A stretch of DNA of 63,683 nt, filler included, from Octopus bimaculoides (lineage: Eukaryota): NCBI RefSeq assembly GCF_001194135.2. It is 5 parts of 5 records of this genome, joined end to end, with 100 filler letters (N's around TTAATTAATTAA, not from the genome) between each part and the next. Parts side by side here need not be neighbours in the genome. Positions count along the whole stretch, not along the records: positions 38,257 to 55,621 come from NC_068982.1; 4 more parts are not named here. One strand, 5' to 3'. Below, piece by piece: positions 38,297 to 51,884 of the stretch; within the stretch, counting starts at the first letter, position 1; every line of letters starts with the position of its first letter. The translations under genes and the position numbers were made by a program. The notes under the pieces were generated by a model. The model made no database searches. It was not told where the DNA came from and was given only the letters and a program-made list of their open reading frames with translations.

Positions 38297-38809
38297 CATA
38301 TATACATATATATTATATACCTATATATATATATATACACATACATACAAAGAACTGTATGTATGTTGGAGGCGACATGTGTCCCATTATAGTATAAAAT
38401 TAGTATAGTATCATACCATTGGTGTGGAAATGTTTAGACTTTCTTCAAAGCATTTGCAATGATTGTATTCACAATATCTTCACTACAAAACACAATGTGC
38501 TGATATATGAACAACTACTGTCCGAGGTGTTTCCTCAGTTGATCTGCTTACAGGCAATTTGGACGCCTTCAATGTTTTGATTATTATCCAGTTCTCGAAT
38601 GCAGCGGGATTACGAATAATAGCCATGGAAGGATTTATTCCTGAATTCATAATACTTCCAGCATTATGAAATTTCAGCAAATTGATCTTTCGAAATGGGA
38701 GAAGCATTATTTAATTGACAAATACCAAAATATCTGCTTTTATCAATTGTACATGTGTCAATTCTTATTGCTCAAAGACAATTTTAACATCAAATCAACC
38801 TCAGACATT

Positions 38810-38950
38810 TGCAAGGTGTAGATATGGAGATCTTCAAAAAGCGTCTGGACAAATTCTTATGCGATACCAGAGGAACCCAGATTGTAACAGGTGGCAGAAA
38901 GAAGAGCAGCTCCGTTCAACACGATACTTCTCCACAAACGGTACAGGTAA
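38810..38950 (+). mobile_element. CR1-like LINE 3' end fragment
   Basis: IFKKRLDKFLCD resembles the FK..LD.FL terminal motif of CR1-group ORF2. Confidence 0.5.
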
Positions 38951-39099
38951 GTGAGGCAATCACACTGAAATGCAGTTCTTCAGTTTGGCTGCAACCTCTT
39001 GCTGAAACCAGACAAAAACATAACTTAAATGCTCAAGCAGAATGCATTCGTTGGAAATTTGATTGGAGCTGATTCAATGATTCTTCTATGATCAATCGT

Positions 39100-39960
39100 T
39101 CCTTTCTAGGTTGATATACCAAGTCAGGTATACCTCAGTTATTTTCATGGAATCAATATTTGAGCTTACGTTTCTTGAAGTCCAAGATATTGGCAATGTG
39201 TTGCATATATATTGTATTTGGTGTATAGTTGTAAAATTTTAAGCGATGTTTTAAATAGAACCTGTCGAAGAAATGCAGTTACTGCCGACGTCCGGAGTTT
39301 GACGACATTCAGTCGTTTTGTAATTTTCCTGAACTTTGTTGTAAATTTTTGCCTAACAATCCGATTCAGTTTTGCTTAGAAATCTGTCTACCATCAAATC
39401 CTATTTAAAACTGTAACACTACATTGATTGCAAATATCCTGATTATGTATTGTTGTAAACTGGATAATAAAGGCATGTGTCAACAGGCGAACTGTTGAAG
39501 TAACATTATGCTCGATATTTCTGTGGTATGTTGCTTATTACGATGCCCAGCACAAAATATAGCTCCAGATGGAGAAAAACAGCGTATTTCATTTAACTAT
39601 GATGTTACTTTCCAAAATGAGATCCCACTTGTAATCTCGACTTCAGCTATTATGAAAGTCACCTGGTAGGATGGGTTTGTCTAATTTCTATTAGAAGTTA
39701 GACAGGTTCTTCTTTCTATTTCGTAATTGTTTGGTGAATGCATAGAAAAACTTTCACATAACTAAAACAAGTCAATAGCAACAGGAATTTTTAATATGTT
39801 CAATCACATGCGATGTCAAATCTTGTACTCTATTAGGAACTGTAAGGAATAAATGAGTGCTAGCCTTCTCATCCAAAAACAGATTACCTCCATCACTAAT
39901 TTCGTGAACTCTGCCAAGCTTCATTCAAATTCTTAAACACTTGTTTATATCAATCATTGC
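39100..39960 (-). mobile_element. Highly decayed LINE RT region
   Basis: Frame mosaic FSYVKVF..IH, LKSRLQVG, ISNIP...VDTCLY and KRLNVVKL...LQLYTKY appears in RT motif order. Confidence 0.4.
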
Positions 39961-41543
39961 ATCATTTCATTATGTTTTCCTGGTCTACACTAGTTGTTGT
40001 CAACAGGTAATTTATCTGCTTCTTCTATAGCTGACATACTGTTTTTGAGAACCAGTCACATCACATTGTCCATATTTGCTACGTCTAATTACACGAATGA
40101 ATATTCGCTGCAATTCACTGGTGCACATTGCATTGAAAGTAAGAGACAATGTTCTTGAATATGCAGGCTAGATAACCTGTCATACGGACCTGAGCGTACT
40201 TAACAAAACTGTCACCAGTTTGTTGATCGTTGTATGGAACATTTTCTTTCGGAACTAACAATCCGGAATCCGTTCAGAACTTAGATCAGTCACGTCCGCT
40301 ATCTTACCGGATACTTTCCGTTGCTTTGAGTATTATATATTATTATACATGAAACACTTCATTGACCGTCCACAAAGCACCCTAACCCGGCTCCATGGAG
40401 TGTTGGAAGCGTTTCACGCACGTCTTGCTCGTACTTTTCAGATTCACAGATATTGTCTGAATCACCATTCTCATACCAGCTTGATTATAGAAATATCGCC
40501 TTATACACTCGCACACGTACAAACACGCACACATCTGCGTCTACCGAACCAATACATACGACATCATCTCTGTGCGTTGTAAAACAAACATGAAATTTCT
40601 TCACCCACTCGAACTTTAAATTATTTTACACACATATCGTGTTATTCTCCTACACATGTCACGCATAAAGGTCTGGAGTTTTTTTTACACTTCTCTGCTT
40701 AAAAATAAAACTCAATATTTAAAGCCATTACTTTGTGTCAACCATTCGAGCATGATCCACCTTTCGATCAAAATACCTTTCTCTCTTATATTTTTTCTTC
40801 AATCATAACAGGAAGCGTTGATATTTACTTTGCCTTCCTCTTCAATGTAAAATATATTGACTTTGGACTTGTTTCCCTCTTCCTTAATATTGTGTCGTGG
40901 TTTTCTTTCTTTTTAACTACTTCACATCTGGATATCAGTGAAACAGTTTATCTCCACCACCTTAATTCTATGCATAATGTTGTTACCTACCGATCCCAGC
41001 AAATTTCAATCCAAACTATTGTCGTAGACATTGCAGTGCACCAACACAAACATGCACTGACGCACACACACTCACAAATAAACGCATGAATATATAAACC
41101 ATATACATTCGGGAGGCATGAGAGGTGAATATATTTATTTAACTATTTATCTACCCTATGATTACGGCCGTTGCATCGTGCAATAATAATTTCATTTGAT
41201 AATGAACTATGCTTATATGCCTGCATAATATGGATGCTACGCAATATACAATGAAATTGTATATTTCCAAATCAGTGTAGATAAAGTAAATTAGATCACC
41301 AGATCAACCAAATACTATGGTTACAATAATGCTACAACCTTAATTATACGTGAAAATTTTTCATTTTATACATACTATGTTTGTGAGAAAGTCAGTAGAT
41401 AAAATTATCTTGATATGGTCAACAAACATAGGTACAGTTTGTTTCATATCAGTTAACTTTTTCTATCAAATTTTAAGTAATTCACCTCCCTTAACGTTAA
41501 CAAAAAATAGGAAGGAATAGGACAGAAAGTCAAGTAGTTGTAG

Positions 41544-42717
41544 TAAATAATAGTCGGAGTGGGACGGGATAAACTAGCTGCATCAATTTGATATAAAAGT
41601 AGGTAGTAATTCTAACTTGTCCTTATTCTTAGTGCAAGTTTTGAAGATTGGAGTTCGATTTTAACAGTTATTTTTTCAAAGCTAGAATGGAAGTAACAAA
41701 GGTGCATATTTGGCATATTTTGCTTTATGAGTTCAATAAAGGCAACAACGGAAAGTGCGAGGAATATTAATGCAGTATATGGGGATCGGACAATAAACGT
41801 AAGCCAGTGTCAACGGTGGTTCCAGAAATTCCGAACCTGAAACTCGAACAAGTCCTGCAAACACTGATGGAAAAAAATCTCACCCTAACTGTCGGGTAAC
41901 TAGCTGAGAAGCTTGGATTTGATCAGTCAACTATTCAGCGACGCATTCGTGCCATCGTAATAGTAAGAAAATTGCCTCAATGGGTTCCCAAACTTTCCGA
42001 GTCTAATCGCGTGCAGAGAATGAATTTCTGCTCGTCTTTGCTTCCATTTCTCACAAATGAAACTTTTTGACTGAGTAGTGACTGGTGAAGAGAAATGGGT
42101 TCTCTATAAAAATGTCAAAGGAAAGGAGTAACACCGGCACCCCCGGCTACAGAAAGTCTTCACCCACGTAAGGTGTTGTTATGTGTTTGGTGGGATATGA
42201 AAGGTTTAGTTCACTTGCAACTTTTAAAGCTAAACCAAACGATAACAAAGATTAATTGCGAGCAGCTTCAGCGGTTTAAGTTACTGCTAGAAGAAAAACG
42301 ACCATCTTTGGTTTCAAGACGAAAGGTGTTCTTCCATCGCGATAATGCTCGGTCAGATACAGCGAGGATGACATCCCAAAGGCTAGAGCAGTTTGAATGG
42401 GGACGACGCTCCACCCACCATATCCGCTGGACATTGCCCCACCTGATTATCATTTATTCTGCAGTCTTCAAAATCATTTGGAAGGAAAAAATATGAATTC
42501 TGTAGACGAGGTCAGAACAGTGCTGGAGGAATATTTTTTGTCACGGACAAGTGAATTTTGGAAGAGGGGGGGGGCTTGCAAGTCTACCAGATAGATGGAG
42601 GTCATTGTAGAAAATGAAGGAGAGTATATTTTAGATTAAAACAGAACTTTGTTTATCTTAATTTTGAAAAATAAAAGAAGTGTAAATACTCCACATTATT
42701 TATGGGATGACCCAATA
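41544..42717 (+). mobile_element. mariner (DD34D) transposon, pseudogenised, with intact right TIR
   Basis: ATG at 41687 (MEVTKVHIWHILLYEF), QRWFQKFR, WVP, VTGEEKWVLY, HRDNA, HPPYPLDIAPPDYHLF; stop at 42637-42639. TIR CATTATTTATGGGATGACCCAA followed by TA at 42716-42717. Confidence 0.95.
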
Positions 42718-43132
42718 TAAATGAATTCAATAAGAAACAGACATTTCGAGATATAAAGATAAAAAGAAGAAGGAGAATTAAATAGATGTTATCACCAACA
42801 TGTGAAAATACCTCAAAACAATTGGTGTAACTATTGTTTTATTTTAATGGCCCCAAAGCAAAATTCACAATTACATAGGAGCACATAAACATAAGCATTA
42901 GTATAAAAAAGGACACACCAAACTCACTCAGCTGTATACTCCTACACCAAACAATATAAATACAGACCACACGAGGACAAACATTACAGACGCACACGTA
43001 AACACACACACACACACACTTAGATATGTATAAAAGAACAGAAACACAGAGAACAATATAAATGCAAACATACGTGTTTGTTAAACNNNNNNNNNNNNNN
43101 NNNNNNNNNNNNNNNNNNNNNNNNNNNNNNNN

Positions 43133-43172
<40 letters not shown>

Positions 43173-45278
43173 TGCATATACATACATGCCAGTAAAAAGG
43201 CATATATATATATACACACGCCTAGACACATACGCATCTACATGCGTACAAATATATGCATGTACATATAGCTTTCTTAATATAACAAATATGTATGCCG
43301 GTTTATATAAAAGCGAATGGATATGAATATACGGCAGGTTCACGATGCTATAAAGTAAAACAAAAAAAACAAACTTTTATTGGTTTGAATCTGCCGATTG
43401 CATTATGAAAGTAATTTCGATAAATCGTATATAATATTTTAATGAAATAAAATCACAGATAGAGGCAACCAAGAGTACATAGAAGATTAAAGGTGCAGAA
43501 TTAGAGAATCATACAGCCACTAGAGACTAGTAATTTCAATAAGATGTAAAAAAAAAAAATTGTTCAGACATTAAATATAATAGACCGCAATGTTATACGT
43601 TACTTTTTAATGCTGGCTTTTTTGAAAGACACTGGCACAATATATAGACTGTATACTTTTTATGGTATCGTCTCATGAGATCAGTGTAGATATTGTGAGA
43701 GGAATTTGAGTAAACGTGATTTGATTTTATGAAAAAAAAATGTTAATGTTAAACTATGAAAGAAATAATTTTCTACCTTTCATGTTCTATGAAGCCACGC
43801 AATAACCTTTTCAAGATATGAATGTGAAATTGTTGCTTATGTGAGAAGGCTCAAGGCACAATATTCATGATGTAATCTCATTCCAGGGTCTTGCTTTTGT
43901 GACTATGCGAAATAAACGAAACCTGTTACAGGAGAAAACCCTTGGAATTTGATGCAGGCTGGGAAAACTGCATTAAAATGGTTGCTGTGTCTTGTTATCG
44001 ATGAGAAATCATTTTTGCTCTAAAATGTTTGCTTGTTTACCATCCGATCGGCGGCAAATTTAGCATAGTCACCAGGTGAGTATGACGGAAAACAAATAGC
44101 AACAAGTTCTACTGGAGATAAGCAACCACATTTAGAGATTGCGTGTGGTGTGTACATCACAATAATCCTCATAGCATACACTGTGCAACTCATAATTGGC
44201 AAGTTTCATGAATATTATGAACTGCCAGCTCCTATGAATATTGCATGTCCAAATCATTATTGAGAGATCCATTGGTAACGAAATGTATACCCAACTACTT
44301 CAACATGCACATAGAGTGCGTTGCTCTTGATTTGGGATTAATCCTTACTCAAACAATTAAGAAATCAGTGACATTTCATTTAGTAAGAATAGTTTTCACC
44401 GAAGCCTGTTGTAGCGGACGCAAACGTTTGTGATCGACCAACATTTGGTAAATATTTTGAAGTGCTTCAACATTTCACTGACTTCATCAGGGTTTCCTGC
44501 AACTTTACGTACTGGCAGCAAGCCTGGTCATTCTGCTAGAACTGCTAGAAGCTACCACTGGAATTTACATGCAAGCACAACCTTGTGCCCCATTTTCACA
44601 AACGACGTCAAGTAGAGCAGATGACTGAAGAAAGTCAAGCAGAGTGGAGGCAATAAACGCAAAATGCCGCATACACTTCACTTTGATTCCCTAGATTTTA
44701 TCTTATGAAATCTTAAAGATGATACAGATACCATTTGTTAAGACACTGTCCTACTCTCTCGTTAGTTCGCGCAATTTATACCCCCTTAGTTGCAATGGCT
44801 ACGGCAGGGTATGATCTGAGAGAATCCCTGAAAGTTATATATAATTAGTCACCAGAAGAAAATCTCATCTTCCATCCGACAGGAGATATTTCACCAGCCC
44901 GGCTTGCAATAATGTTTGAGCAATTTGGAGGTAATTGACGTATAGTATTTGACACAGTGATCGGAAATGTTCAAATACAAAAGAAGTAATAATGAAAGAA
45001 TCCCCATCACATATCTAGAAATGTTAGTGAAAGTGTAGCTTTACAATATTTTAGAATCAATCTAAATGAATCTTTGAACGTCCCATCATAAACCAAAACT
45101 GGAAATTGTCCAAAACAATATTGTAACCACCATACAATATGTAGCAGCCCAATTATTTTTGCAGCCGTAGATTCGCATTGTAATTGAAGTTAACAACACT
45201 GCTAACTATCCAAGAGAGTTTTCTAACTTTATTCAACCTACTTCTAATACTCCTCACAATCTTGTGCCATATGCCCAC

Positions 45279-45351
45279 GGGCATATGGCGTAGTAGTTAA
45301 GAGCACGGGCTACTAACCCCAAGATTCCGAGTACGATTCAAGGCAGTAACT

Positions 45352-45430
<79 letters not shown>

Positions 45431-45590
45431 TAACAACATCGAAAAACACCTTAGGAATGAGGACCGAGGTTCGGAATTTTCCCAAGACACCTGATGAAGG
45501 CTGGAGAGTATATCAACCGAAACGTTCTGTTAACAACAAACACGATGAGGACAAATATCCGTCAAATATAAATAATGTAAATAACGTAAG
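45279..45590 (+). mobile_element. tRNA-headed SINE with (AAT)n spacer and HHR-containing 3' part (family D)
   Basis: A-box TGGCGTAGTAG, anticodon-like GGG-CTACTAA-CCC, B-box GAGTACGATTC (45329-45339), (AAT)n 45354-45436, HHR motif 45486-45531. Confidence 0.8.
45486..45531 (+). ncRNA. Minimal hammerhead ribozyme motif
   Basis: GACAC-CTGATGA-A-GGCTG/CAACC (one mismatch)-GAAAC-GTT-CTGTT; palindrome AACGTT in place of stem III. Confidence 0.7.
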
Positions 45591-46751
45591 AAATACTCTC
45601 TACGTCAGTGCTGATGTTGAATTATATACAGTCCTCTTAGAATTCCTTATGATATATGCATGGTATACTAATTAAGAATAACAAGTAAATGCATACAATA
45701 AAACGTAAAGTTTCTCTTAAGACACAAAATTAAAATAATCAACACACGTTGATGATTTTAACACTAAGCATTGGAAACAGCTAAAATTGAGCCTTACAAA
45801 TATATCTACATAAAAATAAAACACATCCACAAGTATTCACATAAAAAAAGATATGCAGAAGAATTGCCATAACTCAAATAAACAGTAGCTTACTTTACTG
45901 AATATATCGATAGAAAAACATGGAAATAATTCGTATTTATTTCTTTACATTTGTTGCTATATATTTCTGTATATTTAAAATATCCTTCTCTCCTAAAATA
46001 ATTGGACTCACGCTGCCTTCTCAAATGCGATTCATCCTGAAAAGAGCTCTGAAACAGTATTATCTTCGCATCTCTTTCTAATTGTCAGTGGAACGCGTAT
46101 CCCACAATAGTTTGACTCAGCGGGACTGAAGAAACGTTGTACGCGTAATATGGTTATCAATGTCAACAAATGACTTAGTTTATAGGTAATAATGGTTGTT
46201 CTAATGTGTGACCTTCATCGTTAATAACGCTATTCTGTTATCCATCGAGCTTATTTATAAGAAATACGTTGATAGACACGTGGAAGGTTGCAAAATGATT
46301 CAACAGACAATAAAAACAATCCCTAGAATTACCGCCCATGAAGCAAAGTCAATCAAAATTTACATTACCTTAAAAGAGAGCATTCCAATCAGAGCTGAAT
46401 ATATCCAACATCATAACAATATTTAAAAATAACGAACGAAAAACAAATCCTCTAATCGTTCTCGCTTCATTTCTTATATCTCATATAACATGACTGTAAG
46501 TCTACTTTATCTTCTAATTCAATATAGATACCTAATTTCAGCATTCACTTTATAAAAGAATATTTATACTTCTATTACCAGAGTCAGTAACTACGCTACA
46601 AATATTCAGTTGAATGCAACTCGTTTTTGCTATAACCTTGGAAGTGTTCCGATATCTACTGGGTATCAGTTGAGCGTATTTGTAAATCCATGAGATTTGT
46701 TTACATACTTTTAGTGTTTATATAAATTATCTGACATACTAAACAGAACTG

Positions 46752-47720
46752 GATGCGGATACAACAGCTACAGCAAAGCGATCAGCCACCTCTTATATAT
46801 GGATGACCTAAAACTGTACGCTACAAATGATAAACAGCTGGAAACATCATTACAGACAATACATGGATTTACCAAAGAAATAAATATGAAATTTGTCTTA
46901 GACAAATGTGCCAAAGCAACCTTGAAATGAGGAAAACTAGTTAAGTGTAGTGGCATCAAACTAGATAAAGCAAATGCAATAAGGAAATTAGACCAAAGTC
47001 GGACAAACTAATATTTAGGAAACAAGAACTAGATAGGATACAACTCACACACATGAAAGAGAAAATGAAGAAAGAATACTATAGACGAGTTAGATCAATA
47101 CTGAAAACAGAGCTCAATACTAAACACAAGATAATAGGCATCAACACTTTAGCTGTCCCAGTTATAAGTTACAGCTACAATATCCTTAAATGGACACTAA
47201 ATGAACCAATCAAAATAGACAGGAAAACAAGAAAAACAATAACAGTATAATAATAGGATTTAAAATGCACGTATAATCTGACATAGAAAGATTATATATA
47301 AAATGTATAGAAGGTGGTAGAGGCTTTATACAGCTAGAAAACTATTACAAAATAACAACCATAAGACTTCAAAAATACTTATTTCAGAAGCGAGGAAAAC
47401 TAATATAAAATTGTTTTCAGTCTTTAAGGAAGCTGGCAAATACCAACAAGAAGCCACACTACTTAACAACTATGAAGAAAAAGAAGAGATGAGAACTGTA
47501 AAAGAAATGAAATCCAAACTAAAACTAGAACAGCAACGGATCACGTTAAATCGATGGCAAGAAAAGCCCCTACATGGTAAATACTGGGATAAAATGAACA
47601 CGAAAGAAACAGAGAAAGCAAAATCCTAGCAATGGCTGAGAAAACCAGGACTCAAAGCAGACACTGATGGATTTTTAATTGCAAAGCTTCCCCACCAGAA
47701 ATTACCAAAAACATATAAAG
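46752..47720 (+). mobile_element. R4/Dong-like LINE RT fragment
   Basis: ISHLLYMDDLKLYA (YMDD at 46796-46807), DKCAK, GINTLAVPVISYS, GGRG, LHGKYW. Confidence 0.92.
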
Positions 47721-47744
47721 AAAAGAAACATTAATTACGGTTCA

Positions 47745-48157
47745 GTTAAGTCCATTATCACTGAAGATTTTTGTATGAAATCCATATCTGCCAAGTTTGG
47801 GCGAAAACTGTTTTCAGCTGACAAAAAGGACACTCGGGTTTCAGTTGATTGTGTCAAGAACGACGAAAAAATGTTGAAAACTTTCCGTGGGCTTTTGAGC
47901 AGGTGTTGCTAAGCTTTTGGCAAAATTTGATGCAGATTCTCTGCTCAACGTTCTCTGTCATGATCAATGCGATGATCAAACGCTACACACGTTCCTTCCA
48001 AGCACTGCTGTAAGCAGCACAAGTGAGCTAGAACGCTCAAACCTCATGCCCTTGCACTGCAGAGTTCTAGGCCAAAGTGTACCTAGCGGCGTTACATCTG
48101 GTGATTTAACTTCGTTACTATGGCAACAGTCCGGATACTTATTCATTAGACCACGTA
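47745..48157 (+). mobile_element. Internally deleted mariner with right TIR
   Basis: SIITEDFCMKSISAKF resembles L.M..VSAKFVP. TIR-like GTCCGGATACTTATTCATTAGACCACG (48129-48155) is followed by TA. Confidence 0.75.
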
Positions 48158-49388
48158 GTTTTGCGAACAGTGACAGTAGAATTTTGAATCCCATTCCTAA
48201 TACGTTTCTTCGGAGTATTTAGAGAAAATATGTAATATCAATTCAAATAGGACTTATAGAAATAAGAGTATTCTTGCTATATTACGAATACTGCTTCAAA
48301 ATAAACTTAGATTTTTCGAATTCATTTTGAAGCAGTATTCGAAATATAGCAAGTTTCAAACAAAATATCAACGGACAATCTGCTCAAACAGTAACAGATA
48401 GTTAGATCAATAATTCTATGATGTTTGAAAGAATGTTTTACATTTACAAACTGAGTTTTTTTAGGTATTGCTTCTTTGAGAGTCGAGAGAAATTTTAAAC
48501 ACACATATACACACATACAAATATACTAATATNNNNNNNNNNNNNNNNNNNNNNNNNNNNNNNNNNNNNNNNNNNNNNNNNNNNNNNNNNNNNNNNNNNN
48601 NNNNNNNNNNNNNNNNNNNNNNNNNNNNNNNNNNNNNNNNNNNNNNNNNNNNNNNNNNNNNNNNNNNNNNNNNNNNNNNNNNNNNNNNNNNNNNNNNNNN
48701 NNNNNNNNNNNNNNNNNNNNNNNNNNNNNNNNNNNNNNNNNNNNNNNNNNNNNNNNNNNNNNNNNNNNNNNNNNNNNNNNNNNNNNNNNNNNNNNNNNNN
48801 NNNNNNNNNNNNNNNNNNNNNNNNNNNNNNNNNNNNNNNNNNNNNNNNNNNNNNNNNNNNNNNNNNNNNNNNNNNNNNNNNNNNNNNNNNNNNNNNNNNN
48901 NNNNNNNNNNNNNNNNNNNNNNNNNNNNNNNNNNNNNNNNNNNNNNNNNNNNNNNNNNNNNNNNNNNNNNNNNNNNNNNNNNNNNNNNNNNNNNNNNNNN
49001 NNNNNNNNNNNNNNNNNNNNNNNNNNNNNNNNNNNNNNNNNNNNNNNNNNNNNNNNNNNNNNNNNNNNNNNNNNNNNNNNNNNNNNNNNNNNNNNNNNNN
49101 NNNNNNNNNNNNNNNNNNNNNNNNNNNNNNNNNNNNNNNNNNNNNNNNNNNNNNNNNNNNNNNNNNNNNNNNNNNNNNNNNNNNNNNNNNNNNNNNNNNN
49201 NNNNNNNNNNNNNNNNNNNNNNNNNNNNNNNNNNNNNNNNNNNNNNNNNNNNNNNNNNNNNNNNNNNNNNNNNNNNNNNNNNNNNNNNNNNNNNNNNNNN
49301 NNNNNNNNNNNNNNNNNNNNNNNNNNNNNNNNNNNNNNNNNNNNNNNNNNNNNNNNNNNNNNNNNNNNNNATATATATATATATATAC

Positions 49389-49732
49389 TCTTTCTCTCTT
49401 TTACTCTTTTACTTGTTTCAGTCATTTGACTGCGGCCATGCTGGAGCACCGCCTTTAGTCGAGAAAATCGACCCCAGGACTTATTCTTTGTAAGCCTAGT
49501 ACTTATTCTATCGGTCTCTTTTTTGCCGAACCGCTAGGTTACGGTGACGTAAACACACCAGCATCGGTTGTCAAGCGATGGTGGGGGGACAAACACAGAC
49601 ACACAAACACACATACATATACATATATATACATATATACGACGGGCGTTTTTCAGTTTCCGTCTACCAAATACACTCACAAGGCTTTGTGGTTGGTAAG
49701 GAAGCTACTTACCACACAGCCACTCCTGCGCC
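49389..49732 (-). mobile_element. tRNA-derived SINE family B
   Basis: Minus head GGCGCAGGAGTGGCTGTGTGGTAAG; tail GGCGGTGCTCCAGCATGGCCGCAGTCAAATGACTGAAACAAGTAAAAGAG. Confidence 0.9.
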
Positions 49733-50070
49733 ATATAAATGGAACAAGAACGTAGCAGATGACAACAAAACATCCGGACAGTTAGACGATACAAAGAAGG
49801 ACAGGAAAAAAGCAAGGATGAGTCATTAGGAACTTTCTATCGTCAGTCGAGTTCAAGATCATCGTTGCAGTTTCCACCAGTTACACCCGAGACTGCTCCA
49901 ATTTAGTCAGTCCCAAGACAATCTAAGCTGAGACCACTAGATTCATTAGAGGAAAACAAGCGAATGTATATGCAAACAAGGAGGGAAAAAGATGGAACAT
50001 AATTACAAATACAAACAGCAGGACATTAACAACAGGTGTCTTTCGACCTACATTTTTGGTCTCCTATATA

Positions 50071-50111
<41 letters not shown>

Positions 50112-51778
50112 NNNNNNNNNNNNNNNNNNNNNNNNNNNNNNNNNNNNNNNNNNNNNNNNNNNNNNNNNNNNNNNNNNNNNNNNNNNNNNNNNNNNNNNNN
50201 NNNNNNNNNNNNNNNNNNNNNNNNNNNNNNNNNNNNNNNNNNNNNNNNNNNNNNNNNNNNNNNNNNNNNNNNNNNNNNNNNNNNNNNTATATATACATGC
50301 CTGTGTTTGGAGTTGCCCATGTGGATGTACGCTTGTATGTGTATGGTTTTTGAACAGTTTGATAAAAATATATTGGTCATTTTAAGAACGCTTAATGTTG
50401 ACTGATATACTAAATGAAATTATTAACACATATCGGATTAATTGCATATTAGTATTGACTATAATATCTGTAGAAAATTTAGCATACTCCCAGATAGGCC
50501 AATCTTGTGACGAAATACACGACCAGAGAGAAGATTCTTTAAATGCTATATTGCTTTGAATATTTTAATAGCTAAAACTTGCTGGTTCATAAAGCTGGTT
50601 AGTAATGCTCAAGAAACAACCTCACAAAAGTTCGGTAATACACACACACATTTATATATGTGTGTATGTGCGTGTACATGTGTTTGTGTGTATAGTATAT
50701 TATATATATATATAAATATGTATCATGTATGTGTGTATGTGTGTAAGTATGTATATAGGTATATGCTTTTATGTATCTATGTAGATGTAGATACATGTAG
50801 GTGATAAATAAGAAGGAATATATGGCGAAAGCCGAAGCAGTGAAAATCGCTCAGCAGCTGTGATATTCGAAATAATAAAATCTTAAAACTTATCACTCAG
50901 TTGAGATTTAGTTCGCAGTACAAATTTTTGTCTCCTATGTATTTAAGAACAACAGTGTTGAATTCATAGTGCAATAAGAAAAAAAGCAATCAAATATATA
51001 TATGAGGAGATAAAATTTGCAGAATTATTACGAAAACTCATAATGACAAGTAACTAAACATTGTAAATAATAAGTTGAACCGAATGGAAATCGTGAATGC
51101 CATTACAGAATTCATATTCTTTTATCAGATATTATTGTACCCCTGAGTGAGATTACAGCTGGTCGTCGTGCAAAAACAGTTCGTGTGTTTATTACTCGCC
51201 GTCAATTGCAGAGAGTAAAAAGGGCCAGAATAAACGTTCTGAACAAAGCAATAAAATGGAAATTGTAAATAGTATCATTCATTCATTCACACTCTCTCCC
51301 GTTTCCTTTTTATCTACATAAATGTAGATATAGNNNNNNNNNNNNNNNNNNNNNNNNNNNNNNNNNNNNNNNNNNNNNNNNNNNNNNNNNNNNNNNNNNN
51401 NNNNNNNNNNNNNNNNNNNNNNNNNNNNNNNNNNNNNNNNNNNNNNNNNNNNNNNNNNNNNNNNNNNNNNNNNNNNNNNNNNNNNNNNNNNNNNNNNNNN
51501 NNNNNNNNNNNNNNNNNNNNNNNNNNNNNNNNNNNNNNNNNNNNNNNNNNNNNNNNNNNNNNNNNNNNNNNNNNNNNNNNNNNNNNNNNNNNNNNNNNNN
51601 NNNNNNNNNNNNNNNNNNNNNNNNNNNNNNNNNNNNNNNNNNNNNNNNNNNNNNNNNNNNNNNNNNNNNNNNNNNNNNNNNNNNNNNNNNNNNNNNNNNN
51701 NNNNNNNNNNNNNNNNNNNNNNNNNNNNNNNNNNNNNNNNNNNNNNNNNNNNNNNNNNNNNNNNNNNNATATATATAC

Positions 51779-51814
<36 letters not shown>

Positions 51815-51817
51815 GTA

Positions 51818-51884
<67 letters not shown>

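Noticed and set aside
39100-40300. Helitron Pif1 helicase (first impression)
   Set aside because: Helicase motifs were not found; a decayed LINE RT fits better.
44471-44495. Minus-strand CTGATGA...GAAAT
   Set aside because: No stem II or stem I pairing and no GUH triplet.
46121-46140. CTGAAGAAACGTT
   Set aside because: The two core halves overlap, leaving no stem II, and there is no stem I.
49835-49860. Minus-strand CTGACGA within a probable repeat
   Set aside because: The GAAA half of the core is absent in this copy.
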